Counted from the stretch's first letter, positions 1 through 9,759 are shown. The stretch is DNA of 64,000 nt from an uncultured Gemmatimonadales bacterium (GCA_963695555.1 CAVOGR010000007.1:608001-672000), one strand, 5' to 3'. Numbers and translations are program-made. Notes: generated by a model from the letters alone, not told the origin.

Positions 1-850
1 TGCTCTTGGCTATCGAGGCCGCCTTGGCATAGTTCACCCGGACGAGCTGCGTCTGGAGCGGCTCGAGAGAGTCGAGCGCGGCGAGCGCCGCGGGCGAATC
101 CACTCGAATGATGCCGCCTGGCATTTCTTGAGCGGAGAGACCCTGGGTCGCGAGGATCGCCTCGAACGCCTGGTCCCACGGTTGGTTCTTGATTTCCGCG
201 GTGACTTCGCCATCGACGTCCTTGCCCATGATGATGGTGCGTCCGCTGAACGCCGCGAACCCGGCCACCACGTCACCGATCGAAGCCTTGAACCAGGTCA
301 CGGTGATGCGCGGTTGCTGGGACTGCACGGGGGCGGCGGCCAGGGTCCGCTCCTCGGGCAGCTCCACCGACGGGCGGCGTGAGGCCGGCGTGGTGGCGCG
401 AGGCGGTACCAGCTCCGCGGGGGCGGTCGCGGACCAGGCCAGGAAGGCCCGTTCCGATCCGAACGACACCCGGATTTCGTCCTTGACGCGCGCGATCTCG
501 TAGTCCTTCAGCTGATCGAACTCGAGAACGATGCGGACCACGTCGGGGCGGAACTGATTGTACCGGATGTTCCGGACGCCGCCGCGATTGACCCCGTCGT
601 AGAGCGTCTGGACACCGGAGCGCAGCACTGCGCCCTGGACGTCCAACACGAGACGCTCGGGGGAATGGAGGACGAAATCGTTGATCTCGACCTCGCCACG
701 GATCGTCACGACGACTTCGGCGCGCCCCGGCGAGGAAATGAGGCTTACACCCGTCACCTCGCCGTCTGGTTCATCGGCGGCGGCAAGCGCCGGAGAGACC
801 GCGCCCGCGAGGGCGGCGACAGCAAGGACGTACCTGAGGAATCGGGTCAT
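1..850 (-). CDS. pilQ: Type IV pilus secretin with N-terminal AMIN domain (5' part; runs off window start)
   Basis: Absent from the ORF track; manual translation from ATG 850: MTRFLRYVLAVAALAGAVSPALAA (signal peptide), PERLVLDV/VVRIVLEF (AMIN-like), EVTAEIKNQPWDQAFEAIL and LQTQLVRVNYAKA (secretin N-domains). ATGA overlap with pilP stop; last gene of pilMNOP. Confidence 0.9.
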   Translation of the reverse strand, partial: MTRFLRYVLAVAALAGAVSPALAAADEPDGEVTGVSLISSPGRAEVVVTIRGEVEINDFVLHSPERLVLDVQGAVLRSGVQTLYDGVNRGGVRNIRYNQFRPDVVRIVLEFDQLKDYEIARVKDEIRVSFGSERAFLAWSATAPAELVPPRATTPASRRPSVELPEERTLAAAPVQSQQPRITVTWFKASIGDVVAGFAAFSGRTIIMGKDVDGEVTAEIKNQPWDQAFEAILATQGLSAQEMPGGIIRVDSPAALAALDSLEPLQTQLVRVNYAKAASIAKS

Positions 851-1356
851 GGTGAAGCTTCCTCCCGCGTGGGCAAGGATAGAGTTTCCTGTCGCTCGAA
901 GCCGAAGTCTTCGATAGTGAACGTGACGTCGCGCTGTCTGATCTGCCGGACGCGTGCCCGGCCGATCTCTTCCCCGCGACGGACCTTGTAGGGCCGGCCC
1001 GTTGTCTTGTCTCGCAGCACGGCGACGCTATTGCTGGGCCGCTCGGCGTCGAGGTAGACACCGACGAGCTCGAGATCCGACAGCTCGGGGCCGAGGCGCT
1101 CCATGTTGAGTAGCGATTCGAACGGATCGCGACTCCCGCCGCCGTAGCTGAAGGTTTCCCGAGACAGGCTCGTTTCATCCAGCACGGGCTCGGTGTCCGC
1201 AACGGCTGCCTGGGCCGCTTGCGGCGTCGCCGCCTGAACGACGGTGGTCGTCGCGGGGGCATTTGCCCCGGCCGTGCTTGCGGCATCGCCCTGGCCGCAG
1301 GCCAGGAGCAATCCGGACAGCAGGCCGAGGCCTAGGCTGACGCTCTTAGGTCCCAC
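847..1356 (-). CDS. pilP: Type IV pilus assembly lipoprotein PilP-like
   Basis: Lipobox LLLAC, RDPF motif, position between pilO and pilQ. Confidence 0.8.
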   Translation of the reverse strand: MGPKSVSLGLGLLSGLLLACGQGDAASTAGANAPATTTVVQAATPQAAQAAVADTEPVLDETSLSRETFSYGGGSRDPFESLLNMERLGPELSDLELVGVYLDAERPSNSVAVLRDKTTGRPYKVRRGEEIGRARVRQIRQRDVTFTIEDFGFERQETLSLPTREEASP

Positions 1357-1978
1357 TGGCCACTCCTTCCGCTTCTGGCGGCTTGACGAACGTACGGATC
1401 TGGAACCGAGCCTGGAGGAGGGCGCCCGAGGTATCGCTGAGGGCCCGCGCGGCCTGCTGGTTCGCGGGTGCCAAGCTCACGTCGATCGGTACGATGATGC
1501 GCTGCAGTGACGCGACATCGGAAAGGAATTCGCCGATCTCGTCGTATCGGCCAATGACGGCAATGTTGTACTTGTGCGTATCGAAGGGCGTCGGCCCTGC
1601 CTCGACCGGCAACGGCACGACCTCGGAGAGATTCACCCCGCGGATCTTGGCCCGGGTCGACATGTCGTCGAGCAGGTTGGGTACTTCGTTGCTCTCCGGC
1701 ACCAGCCGCCGCAGCAGCACGAGGCTCGCGCGGTGCCGCTCGATTCTCCGTCTCAGGTCTTCCACCGTGCCCTTCGCCAGCTCGCGCTTGGCGCTATCGG
1801 TCTGCGCCTCGAGCTGGGCGATCGTGTCTTCGATGGCGGCGATCCGGACCTTGCGTTCCTTCATGCCGTTGACTCCCAGCGTGCTCAGCCCGGTCCCACT
1901 GTAGGCGATGTAGCCCACGATCACCGCCAACAGCATAATGAGAATTGGTGCGCTCTGCCGATTGCTCCCGAGTGCCAT
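1346..1978 (-). CDS. pilO: Type IV pilus assembly protein PilO
   Basis: N-terminal TM helix, coiled coil, LVPESNEVPNLLDDM and GRYDEIGEFLSDVASL motifs; operon position. Confidence 0.9.
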   Translation of the reverse strand: MALGSNRQSAPILIMLLAVIVGYIAYSGTGLSTLGVNGMKERKVRIAAIEDTIAQLEAQTDSAKRELAKGTVEDLRRRIERHRASLVLLRRLVPESNEVPNLLDDMSTRAKIRGVNLSEVVPLPVEAGPTPFDTHKYNIAVIGRYDEIGEFLSDVASLQRIIVPIDVSLAPANQQAARALSDTSGALLQARFQIRTFVKPPEAEGVASGT

Positions 1979-1982
1979 GGGA

Positions 1983-2669
1983 TCACCTCACCGACTGACT
2001 GAGAGGAACGGTCTGGATGTAGGCCGAGTCGGCCCGGCTAAACGCCGCGCGAATCGCAAACGCGGTCACGGGGCGGTCCTTGTCCACCACGGTCTGGGCC
2101 GAGACCGGCGCAACCCGATGGATCCAAGGCGAGGCCTCGAGCTGACGGAGGAACCGGGTATAGGCCTGGATATCGACGGTCCTCCCGTTGATCTGGAACT
2201 GCACCTGACGCGGCGTGATGCCGTCGTCGAGGGAGTCCGCCGCGGCGCCGGTGGTGGCGAGGGGCGACACATCGACCAGCCACGTATAGGGCGGCAGGGC
2301 CTTGGTCACCTCGTCCAATAAATGCGGCCAGACGTAGCGGTCGCCGTCGACTTGGCGGATCACCCGGATCTGCGAGACCAGTGAGTCCCGAATCAGTTCC
2401 TCGCGCCGCTTCTGGGCGATGATGTTCTGGAAGCGTCGGTTCTCCTCGCGCACCGACTCGAGGCGCGGCTCCAAGGTACGGATGGTGGCCGCCGTGCTTA
2501 CATAGGTCCAGCCCAGCCATCCGAGCACACCGATGATTACGGCTGCCGCGGCCAAGAGGAGCGGGTCTTTCACACCGCTCGTCAGCCCGCGCAGCCCGGC
2601 GAATGCACCGCCGAGTTTGATGCCGGCTCGTTTGCGCTTCTGGCCCGGACGAAGATTGATTTCAATCAT
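1983..2669 (-). CDS. pilN: Type IV pilus assembly protein PilN
   Basis: MIEINLRP (INLLP-like PilM-binding motif), TM helix, WPHLLDEVTKALP. Confidence 0.9.
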   Translation of the reverse strand: MIEINLRPGQKRKRAGIKLGGAFAGLRGLTSGVKDPLLLAAAAVIIGVLGWLGWTYVSTAATIRTLEPRLESVREENRRFQNIIAQKRREELIRDSLVSQIRVIRQVDGDRYVWPHLLDEVTKALPPYTWLVDVSPLATTGAAADSLDDGITPRQVQFQINGRTVDIQAYTRFLRQLEASPWIHRVAPVSAQTVVDKDRPVTAFAIRAAFSRADSAYIQTVPLSQSVR

Positions 2670-2694
2670 AGCGAGTCAACTCGGGGTTCGAGGC

Positions 2695-3735
2695 TTACGC
2701 CGCTTTGCGGAGCGCGAGTCCAACCGGAAGCATCAGGAGCGGCGCGACCTCGTCGACGTTCATGGTGTCGAAGACGCCTTCCGCGACCCGCAGCCGTTCC
2801 AGCGGGTTGGCAAGCTGCACCGGCAACCGCAGTCGGTCAGCCAACACGCGGTTCAGGCCGGGGATACGGGCGCCGCCACCGGTGGTGTACAGCTGGCTGA
2901 GCCCGCCGGCCGAGCGGCTCGAGGATTGGAGAAAGGCCGCCGCCCGCTCGATCCCGACCGCCAACTCCTCGCCGCGGCTTTCCAGAAACGGATCCAGCAT
3001 CTCGTTCCGATCGAAGCCCTGCAACACTCGGTCGGCCTCCTCGGCCGTGATGCCGCGCTCCCGCTGCATGTCTTCGCGGAAGCGGCGGGTTCCGACGGGG
3101 ATGTCCCGCGTGAGCACCGGCACGCCCGAGTCGAGAATGTTCACGTTGGTCGTTTCGTGGCCGATGTTGACCAGCCCGACGACCCCGGACATCGCGTCGG
3201 GGTAGTTGAGTTCGAACGCGTTGTGGAGGGCAAAGGCATCGACGTCGATGATGGTCGGGGTCAACCCCACGTCGCCGAGGAGCGCCACCTTCGACTCCAC
3301 CAGCTCGCGCTTGGCCGCCACCAACAGCACCGTCATCTGCAAGCCTTCGCCGTCGGGATCGAGGATTTGGAAGTCGAGTTCGACATTGTCGATGTCGAAC
3401 GGGACGTGTTGCTCCGCCTCCCAGCGGATCATGTCCCGGGCCTCGGATTCCTTCATCCGATCCATGGTGATCTTCTTGATGATCACGTCGCGGCCGCCCA
3501 CCGCGGTCACCACCGTCTTGGTCTTGATCCCGGCCGCCGCAAGCAGACCCTTGATGGCATCCGTCACGATACCGGTATCGACCACTTCTCCCTCAACGAT
3601 CGCGTCATCGACCACGGATGTGAACGCCACCTTGGTCAGCTCCGGCTCGCCGGAGCGGTGACTGATGGTGACCATCTTGATCAACCCGCTGCCGACATCG
3701 AGACCGACGGTTTGCTTCCGACCGAAGAGCGCCAT
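2695..3735 (-). CDS. pilm: Type IV pilus assembly actin-like protein PilM
   Basis: VGLDVGSGLIK, EAEQHVPF, VLLVAAK, IIDVDAFAL, TTGGGA motifs. Confidence 0.95.
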   Translation of the reverse strand: MALFGRKQTVGLDVGSGLIKMVTISHRSGEPELTKVAFTSVVDDAIVEGEVVDTGIVTDAIKGLLAAAGIKTKTVVTAVGGRDVIIKKITMDRMKESEARDMIRWEAEQHVPFDIDNVELDFQILDPDGEGLQMTVLLVAAKRELVESKVALLGDVGLTPTIIDVDAFALHNAFELNYPDAMSGVVGLVNIGHETTNVNILDSGVPVLTRDIPVGTRRFREDMQRERGITAEEADRVLQGFDRNEMLDPFLESRGEELAVGIERAAAFLQSSSRSAGGLSQLYTTGGGARIPGLNRVLADRLRLPVQLANPLERLRVAEGVFDTMNVDEVAPLLMLPVGLALRKAA

Positions 3736-4002
3736 AATCGCCTACAGAGGTGAAGGAGAGGACAGACAGGCAACCCTCGCTGCCAATCAGCCCCGGATCT
3801 GTCAAGCGATAACTCGCTTGAGGTGACCTACCGCAGTCCAGTGTGGCACATCATGTGACGCCTGCACTGCGGGAATCGGCGACCGCACCGGGGAGCCCGA
3901 TCGAAGCGAAACCCCGTGATATCGTCGGCCGGCTCGGTCCACGATCCCGGCATCCCGGCCGGAAAAGGGCCGCAAGTTCGGCCGCAGCAATGAGTAGCGT
4001 TC

Positions 4003-4018
4003 AGCAACCCATGTGCCA
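4003..4018 (-). promoter_or_regulatory. sigma54 (-24/-12) promoter for pilMNOPQ
   Basis: Minus strand TGGCACATGGGTTGCT matches TGGCAC-N5-TTGCW; intergenic, about 270 bp upstream of pilM. Confidence 0.8.
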
Positions 4019-4036
4019 GGGGTTGCATGGAGAACC

Positions 4037-4061
4037 CAACCCGTTTGGATACAACATATTA
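4037..4061. promoter_or_regulatory. AT-rich IHF-like site upstream of pilM sigma54 promoter
   Basis: CAACCCGTTTGGATACAACATATTA, 18 bp from the promoter (same spacing as at pilA); right half resembles WATCAANNNNTTR. Confidence 0.5.
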
Positions 4062-4217
4062 GGTTCTTTGGCCGATGCCAGGGCCGACTTCCCCCCAACC
4101 GGACTCTAGGCAGGTTTCGCAAGCACTCTCTCGGGATGCAGCAGCGGCCCGGGAGCCGCCGAATCCCTTGATTTGTCGAGAGATCCGCCCTCGAGCGGGG
4201 AATAGCCGGGGCGAGGG

Positions 4218-5399
4218 CTAGTTGAGGGGAAAGACCTGGGCCCACGGCCTCTCGGCCAGCGGGCGGGCGATGCCGGCCTGCCGGAGGGCCCGGGTGAGGG
4301 CGCACGAGGAGTACTGAATCACGGCCGAGCCGCCCGTATGGGACCGGATCGCGCTGTCTCCCTGGGCCATCACCGCCCCATGGAGGCTGGGGCTGACCTC
4401 CGCCTCGAACCGGCCCAGCGTAACGACCAAGCCGTAGAACTCCGCCGACCCGCGGACGGAGAAGTCTCCACGAACCAGCAGGATCCCTTGCCCCCGTCCG
4501 TCGGACAACTGAAAATCCCCCGGGGCGTAAATGATGGGGAAGTAGTTGAAGCAGTCGTCGAACCCCAGGCCGGTCAATGGCTCACCCCAGTTGAGCGGGT
4601 CGGCTCGATCGCAGGTGCCCGTGCCATTCAGGCTGGGGCTGGGGACGGCGCTCGCGCCCACGATCTTCTCCGCCATCGCGGCGAGTTCATCGAAGGACAC
4701 GCCGCCAAAGTCCGTGAACAGCGAGGACGTGACGGTGCTGTCCGGACTGAGAATTGGGAGCGCGGGCGGAGGGGGGGCACCAACCAGGCAGGACACCCCG
4801 CCGCAGTCGGTGCTGTCGACGACGCTGGCGGCCGAGCGAACCGCCGCCACCGTATCGACAACCCCAGGACACTCACCACCCCACCCAACCGGATCCAGAT
4901 CCACGCCCGACGCCACCGCCTGGCTGAAAAACTGCGACCCAGTACCGGTGACGAACGCCGCGCCCGGATTCACCGCCGGGATGCCCAACCGTGCCAACAG
5001 CCCCACGGTGCGCTCGGCGAGGACAGCTCCGTCCGCGTCGAGCCGCTGGCCCGTGGCCCGGACGAAGAACAGGTCGGGCGTCAGGCGCGTGACGGTGGGC
5101 ACATAGACTTGAAATGGGGCGAGCGCGACCGGAGGCAGTGTCGTGTCGGCTCCCGGCGCAAGGGTGTTGAAGGTGCCCGGGGCCCAGTTGGCCAGCACGT
5201 CGGTGGCGCCGGCTTCGGCTAGCTCGAACGACTGCTCCGCGAACATGGTGTTGAGCCCGGTGCGCTGCTCGAGACGCCCGGCAAAGAACGTCCCGGCCAC
5301 CAAGGCCCCGATGACCACCAAGGCGAACACGGCAATCGCCAGGGCGATGCCTCGTTCATCGGTAGCCACAGCCGGGCGCGCGGACCGCGCTTCGACCAT
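4218..5399 (-). CDS. PilX/GspK-like minor pilin with large Cys-containing C-terminal domain
   Basis: Prepilin-type N-terminus ERG|IALAIAVFALVVI lacking Glu5; last gene of the minor-pilin cassette. Start 5399 or 5423. Confidence 0.75.
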   Translation of the reverse strand: MVEARSARPAVATDERGIALAIAVFALVVIGALVAGTFFAGRLEQRTGLNTMFAEQSFELAEAGATDVLANWAPGTFNTLAPGADTTLPPVALAPFQVYVPTVTRLTPDLFFVRATGQRLDADGAVLAERTVGLLARLGIPAVNPGAAFVTGTGSQFFSQAVASGVDLDPVGWGGECPGVVDTVAAVRSAASVVDSTDCGGVSCLVGAPPPPALPILSPDSTVTSSLFTDFGGVSFDELAAMAEKIVGASAVPSPSLNGTGTCDRADPLNWGEPLTGLGFDDCFNYFPIIYAPGDFQLSDGRGQGILLVRGDFSVRGSAEFYGLVVTLGRFEAEVSPSLHGAVMAQGDSAIRSHTGGSAVIQYSSCALTRALRQAGIARPLAERPWAQVFPLN

Positions 5400-5406
5400 C
5401 ACCACC

Positions 5407-6274
5407 CTAGGGAATCGGCGCATTGCGCAAGCTCACGGTGGTCACCAGACTGTCCTGCACGTAGCCGACTGGGCCGGTCCCGGCGGGTCCGCGGATCAGT
5501 TGGTCCGTCACGCCCCGGATCGTCAACGCGGAGGGTCCGAACCTGGAACCGATTGGACGTGGGGGTGCCGGCCACGTCGAAATAGTCGAGCTCGAATCCG
5601 TTTGCAGTGAGCGGTCCGAGCACCGGCTGAAGCGAAGGTTCACCGCCACTCACCGACCGCGCGCCGAGCCAGAACTTGCCCCCCGAGGAATAGAGCCGGA
5701 GCTCCATCACTTCGAACGGCCGCACGGGCCCGCCCACGACGAGCGATCCGATCCCACCCGGCACCACCGATCCGAGATTCGCCACCCCCAACGCGATGGC
5801 GGGGTCCGTGCCGCAGGTGCTCGCGGAGTTGACGCTGGAAACCGCGAGCCGGACCCATACGTCGTCCGAGGAGATGCCGGGGGTGCGCTCAACAAAGAGG
5901 AACAGGCTGTCCCGACCCGGCACGATGGAGCGCAACCCGAAATACGGCGTGGCCGGAGCATTGGAGATGCGAATTTCGGACGCCGAGACCTGGCAAGTGA
6001 ATCCGAGCCCACGGGCCGCGCGGTAGATGATGCCGGAAGAGCCAAGCGAAAGGATATCGGACCCGCCCCCGCCAACGCCGATCTCACGCAGCTCGGATGG
6101 CACGACCAGGATTCCGGTCCGCACATTGGACTGGAGATTGACCAGTTCCGATTGGCTCCTGGTAATGCGCTGGGTATTGGCGAGGAAACCGTAGGTGACC
6201 CCTCCGATCATCCCGAGCATGACGAGGGAGACCAGGAGTTCAATGAGCGTTAGGCCCCGGGAGTTACGCACCAT
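5407..6274 (-). CDS. PilW-like minor pilin (apparent +1 frameshift near 5525)
   Basis: MVRNSRG|LTLIELLVSLVMLG; reading continues in ORF 5407..5649 (TIRGVTDQ...VTTVSLRN) if one T in GTTGACG is removed. Confidence 0.75.
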
Positions 6275-6648
6275 CAGAAACATCGGACCACCGTGAGCAA
6301 CGTGTCGGTCACCGGCCCGTCGGCGCGAGCATAGGTTACGATGGCCAACACGGTCCGGCTGGTTCCCGCGGGAGGTACCACCCACGATTCCGTCATCCCG
6401 CGAGTGGTCACCGGCCCGCCGCTCGCAAAGGCCGGATCCAGACATGGGGGAGCCGTGGATCGGCTCGTGGCACGAAGAGTCTCGAGCCGCGACGCGGCAA
6501 CCTGTACAGCGGCACCGGTGCGCTTTCCCTGCCCGATCATGCGGGTGACCAAGCTCGAGGAGCCCACCAGGGCGATCACGCCAACCGACAGAATCACCAA
6601 CGCAATCATGACCTCGACCAGGGTGAACCCCGAGCGGCTCGAAGTCAT
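6274..6648 (-). CDS. PilV-like minor pilin
   Basis: SG|FTLVEVMIALVILSVG prepilin motif; 124 aa. Confidence 0.8.
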   Translation of the reverse strand: MTSSRSGFTLVEVMIALVILSVGVIALVGSSSLVTRMIGQGKRTGAAVQVAASRLETLRATSRSTAPPCLDPAFASGGPVTTRGMTESWVVPPAGTSRTVLAIVTYARADGPVTDTLLTVVRCF

Positions 6649-7088
6649 TGCGCGATAACCCTCCCGAATCCGCTGATTTCCACTGTGTCGGCCTCACTCT
6701 CCCGGGTCAGGGCGATGGTGGTGGTGCTCGTTCCCGCTCCCATGCCCAGTCCCCGCGCATCGAGCCAGAGCACCGAATCCGACGTGGCCACACTCACCCC
6801 GAACTGCGCATGCAGATCGACGCCGCCAAGAGTGTCGGACACGCCGCCGCCGCGCTCGGCGGTGACGAAGGCGGTGTTGCCGCTGAAGCGTAACGCGGTC
6901 CGTCGGTTTCCCTGTACCGCCGTCGCCCGGGCCTGGGCGTAAAGTGTGACGACCGTTGTACGCGCCCCCCGAATGGAGTTGCCCCGGAGGCCTCGCCGCA
7001 CCGAGGGGTATGCCATCAGGGCCAAGACGCCGATGATGACAAAGACCACCAGGAGCTCGAGCACGCTGTACCCGGTCCGATTCCTCAC
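6645..7088 (-). CDS. FimT/GspH-like minor pilin
   Basis: TG|YSVLELLVVFVIIG prepilin motif; AQARATAV helix and LWLDARG (FDxxG-like). Confidence 0.8.
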   Translation of the reverse strand: MRNRTGYSVLELLVVFVIIGVLALMAYPSVRRGLRGNSIRGARTTVVTLYAQARATAVQGNRRTALRFSGNTAFVTAERGGGVSDTLGGVDLHAQFGVSVATSDSVLWLDARGLGMGAGTSTTTIALTRESEADTVEISGFGRVIAQ

Positions 7089-7270
7089 CCAGTCACTCCT
7101 TCAATTGATCGTGAGCCGCCCGGCGATCCGGCAGGCAAAGCAGGCCCTCGGTCCCCCGAAATCAGGGCCGGAGGGCCAGGGCATAGCTCAATTGTGCGGG
7201 AGGAATCGAAAGAACGCAACTCGGCGCCGCGGAGCCCTCCGGGAGGGCCTGGCCCAGGCGCTCGTCGGGC

Positions 7271-8683
7271 CTACTCCAGCCCGTAGCGGCGGAGTTTGTA
7301 GAACAGGGTCCGCAAGCTCACGCCGAGGAGTTGGGCCGCCTCGCGCCGATTGCCGGAGGCGGCGGCCAGCGCGCGCCGGATGGCGTTTCGCTCAAAGGAT
7401 TCGACTTGCGGCTTGAGCTTGAGGGTCGGGCCGCCGACCCCCGTCTCGCTGTTGCCCCCTCCGCCGCCACCGTCGCGACCAGGGCCCGTCAAGCCGAAGT
7501 CACTGCGATCCAGCCGACCGGTCGGGCTCAAGGCCGCCGCGCGTTCCACTTCGTGTCTGAGCTCGCGGACATTGCCAGGCCAGGGATAGGCCGTGAGGAG
7601 GGAAAGCGCCTGTGGGGTCAGGCTGATGGGCCGTCCCAGGCTCCCGGCCGCCTGCTGGGCAAAGTGCGCCAACAGTCCGGGAATGTCCTCGGGCCGCTCG
7701 CGTAGCGGTGGGAGCTTGATGTGTGCCGCACGCAGCCGCTGATGGAGCTGGTCGAGGAACTGGCCCCGCTCGACCTCGGCAGCCAAGGACTTGGTGCTGG
7801 TGCCGATTACCCGGGCATCGCGAGCGCGGGTAAAGTCGCCGTTGGCCCGTCCCGCCGCTCGATCGTCGATGGCGCTGAGCACGTGCTCTTGCAGGCGCAG
7901 CGGCAGGGCGGTGATTTCTTCGAAGAGGACCGTGCCCCCGGCCGCCCGCACGAAGATGCAGCAATTCGGTTGGCGGCCTGACGCCGAAGCCGGGGCATCC
8001 CCAAAGAACTCGGTCTCGAGCAACTGCTCTGGAATAGCGTCACACGGCACCCCAATGACGGGGGCGTGCTTGCGACAGGACATCCGGTGGATGGCTCGGG
8101 CGAGCACTTCCTTTCCGGTACCGGTTTCCCCGGTGATCAGGACGGGCGCATCGTGTGCGGCCAGGGTCGCCGCCATGTCGAGCGCCGCGCGCATGGCCGC
8201 GCTTTCGGCCACGATCTCGCCGTTGAGCATGTGCGCGCCGAGTGATTCCCTGAGCGTTTGGACTTCACGACGCAACTGCTCGTGCTCCGCGGCGCGGCGG
8301 GCGACGAGCCGCAGCTCGTCGGGGCGGATCGGCACGGGAAGGACGCCATAGGCACCCTCCCGCATGGCGGCCAGTCCGGCATCATCTGCCCCGTGTCCGG
8401 CGAGGACAATGACGAGCCCGGCCCGGCCGGCTTCGCGGAACCGCTGGAGGAACTCGACCGCGTCCATGGTTGGCAAGTGGGCCGGCAAGAGCACGACGTG
8501 CGGCCGCTCGGATTGGGCCCGGGCCAGGCCGCGCCCGGCATCGGCCGCCGCATCGACGGTGAAGCCGGTGTCCTCGAGTGGTTGCCGGATCGCAGCCGTA
8601 AGCCCGGCGTCGCCCCCCACGATGAGGGCGCGCAGGGCCCCTTCGGGACCGGTCTCGTTAGTTGATTGACTGCCGAGCTGCAT
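7271..8683 (-). CDS. Degenerate NtrC-family sigma54 activator (pseudo-receiver, AAA+ lacking GAFTGA, Fis-type HTH)
   Basis: Walker [17 protein letters not shown] and HTH intact; phospho-Asp, GAFTGA loop and Walker B altered. Confidence 0.85.
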   Translation of the reverse strand: MQLGSQSTNETGPEGALRALIVGGDAGLTAAIRQPLEDTGFTVDAAADAGRGLARAQSERPHVVLLPAHLPTMDAVEFLQRFREAGRAGLVIVLAGHGADDAGLAAMREGAYGVLPVPIRPDELRLVARRAAEHEQLRREVQTLRESLGAHMLNGEIVAESAAMRAALDMAATLAAHDAPVLITGETGTGKEVLARAIHRMSCRKHAPVIGVPCDAIPEQLLETEFFGDAPASASGRQPNCCIFVRAAGGTVLFEEITALPLRLQEHVLSAIDDRAAGRANGDFTRARDARVIGTSTKSLAAEVERGQFLDQLHQRLRAAHIKLPPLRERPEDIPGLLAHFAQQAAGSLGRPISLTPQALSLLTAYPWPGNVRELRHEVERAAALSPTGRLDRSDFGLTGPGRDGGGGGGNSETGVGGPTLKLKPQVESFERNAIRRALAAASGNRREAAQLLGVSLRTLFYKLRRYGLE

Positions 8684-8712
8684 TGCCTATTGCGCCAGGT
8701 AGATTGCGGAAA

Positions 8713-9138
8713 TCATGCACCCCGACCGGCCTGGGCGACCCAGGAGTCGTCTTGGTCGAACTTCCAGCCTTCTGATGGGTGAGCCTGTAGCAATTGTTCT
8801 GCCATTTCTTGCATCCGATCGCCCAACTCGTCGAACTCCCGCGTGCCCAAAGGCTCGGCACTCCCGGCTGGCTGACCAGCCGCGGCCCGGTCGGCCAGCG
8901 ACCGGAGCCGACCCAAGGGATCGAGCACCGCATGGCGCACCAAGTAGGCGCCAAAGCCGGAGAAGACGGCGGTTCCGCCGGCCCAGAGCACGAGCATGGC
9001 GGCGAAGGCCCGGTCGGGGTCGAGCCGGCTCAGCATCAGCGTGGTCACGCCGACCACCATCATCGCGGCCGAGGCGAGGAAGACCAGATTGAACAGGAGC
9101 TCGGTGTGGATGGAGCGCTGCTGACTGGGTGCGGGCAT
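8713..9138 (-). CDS. Two-TM HAMP-domain protein lacking a kinase domain
   Basis: Two hydrophobic helices, then VLDPLGRLRSLADR...REFDELGDRMQEM (HAMP), stop soon after; GGAGGA RBS before ATG 9138. Confidence 0.65.
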   Translation of the reverse strand: MPAPSQQRSIHTELLFNLVFLASAAMMVVGVTTLMLSRLDPDRAFAAMLVLWAGGTAVFSGFGAYLVRHAVLDPLGRLRSLADRAAAGQPAGSAEPLGTREFDELGDRMQEMAEQLLQAHPSEGWKFDQDDSWVAQAGRGA

Positions 9139-9239
9139 GTGCCGTCCTCCGATCGCGCCGTAAACAAGTGCCAAGAAAACGGGCGATCGCAGGGCTCTGG
9201 CCCCCGTCGCCCGGTTACACGCTCAAGCAACCCCCGGCC

Positions 9240-9710
9240 CTAGGGAGTGCACTTCACCTCTCCCTCGACCGTTGCCAAGTTGAACGGACCACCGTTCCCG
9301 ACGTAGATGTAGCAAATGGCCGCCGTAAGCGTGTGCGTTGCCGTGGCGGCCCAGCCGGCATTGGTAACGTTAGCCAACGCGATGCTCACGTTTTGGGTCG
9401 GCTGGAAGTTGAACAACACCGGATCCGGCACGGGGCCGTTGTAGTAGGTGGCAGTCTCGAAGAAGACCGTCTCCTGCAGTGTGGCGATGTTGCGCAGGTC
9501 GGACTTCATGGCCGCGATGAACGTCTTGCCCTTGGTGTTGGCAAACTTGGGGATGGCGATCGCCGCGAGGAGCCCGATGATCACGACCACGATCAACAGC
9601 TCGATGAGCGTGAAGCCCCGTCGACCTGCGCGCCGGCCCAGCTCAGCCGAAGCCGGCTGGGATCGCGGGTCGCGCTTGGGTTCGATTGGCAGACTCATCG
9701 GTGACTCCAT
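9240..9710 (-). CDS. Type IV pilin, second PilA paralog with long leader
   Basis: RG|FTLIELLIVVVIIGLLAAIAIPKF; C-terminal Cys pair. Start 9710 or 9698. Confidence 0.85.
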   Translation of the reverse strand: MESPMSLPIEPKRDPRSQPASAELGRRAGRRGFTLIELLIVVVIIGLLAAIAIPKFANTKGKTFIAAMKSDLRNIATLQETVFFETATYYNGPVPDPVLFNFQPTQNVSIALANVTNAGWAATATHTLTAAICYIYVGNGGPFNLATVEGEVKCTP

Positions 9711-9731
9711 TTCGACCGCTGGGAAGATGTG

Positions 9732-9759
9732 AAAGGGGCGGCGGAACAACCCGCCGCCC
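9732..9759 (-). terminator. Probable intrinsic terminator after major pilin
   Basis: 9-bp stem GGGCGGCGG/CCGCCGCCC (9736-9759) followed by CTTT on the minus strand. Confidence 0.6.

Noticed and set aside
9159..9173. TGGCAC upstream of the HAMP gene as a sigma54 promoter (also TGGCAC at 3844 and TGGCGC near 8697)
   Set aside because: No GC at the required GG-N10-GC spacing.
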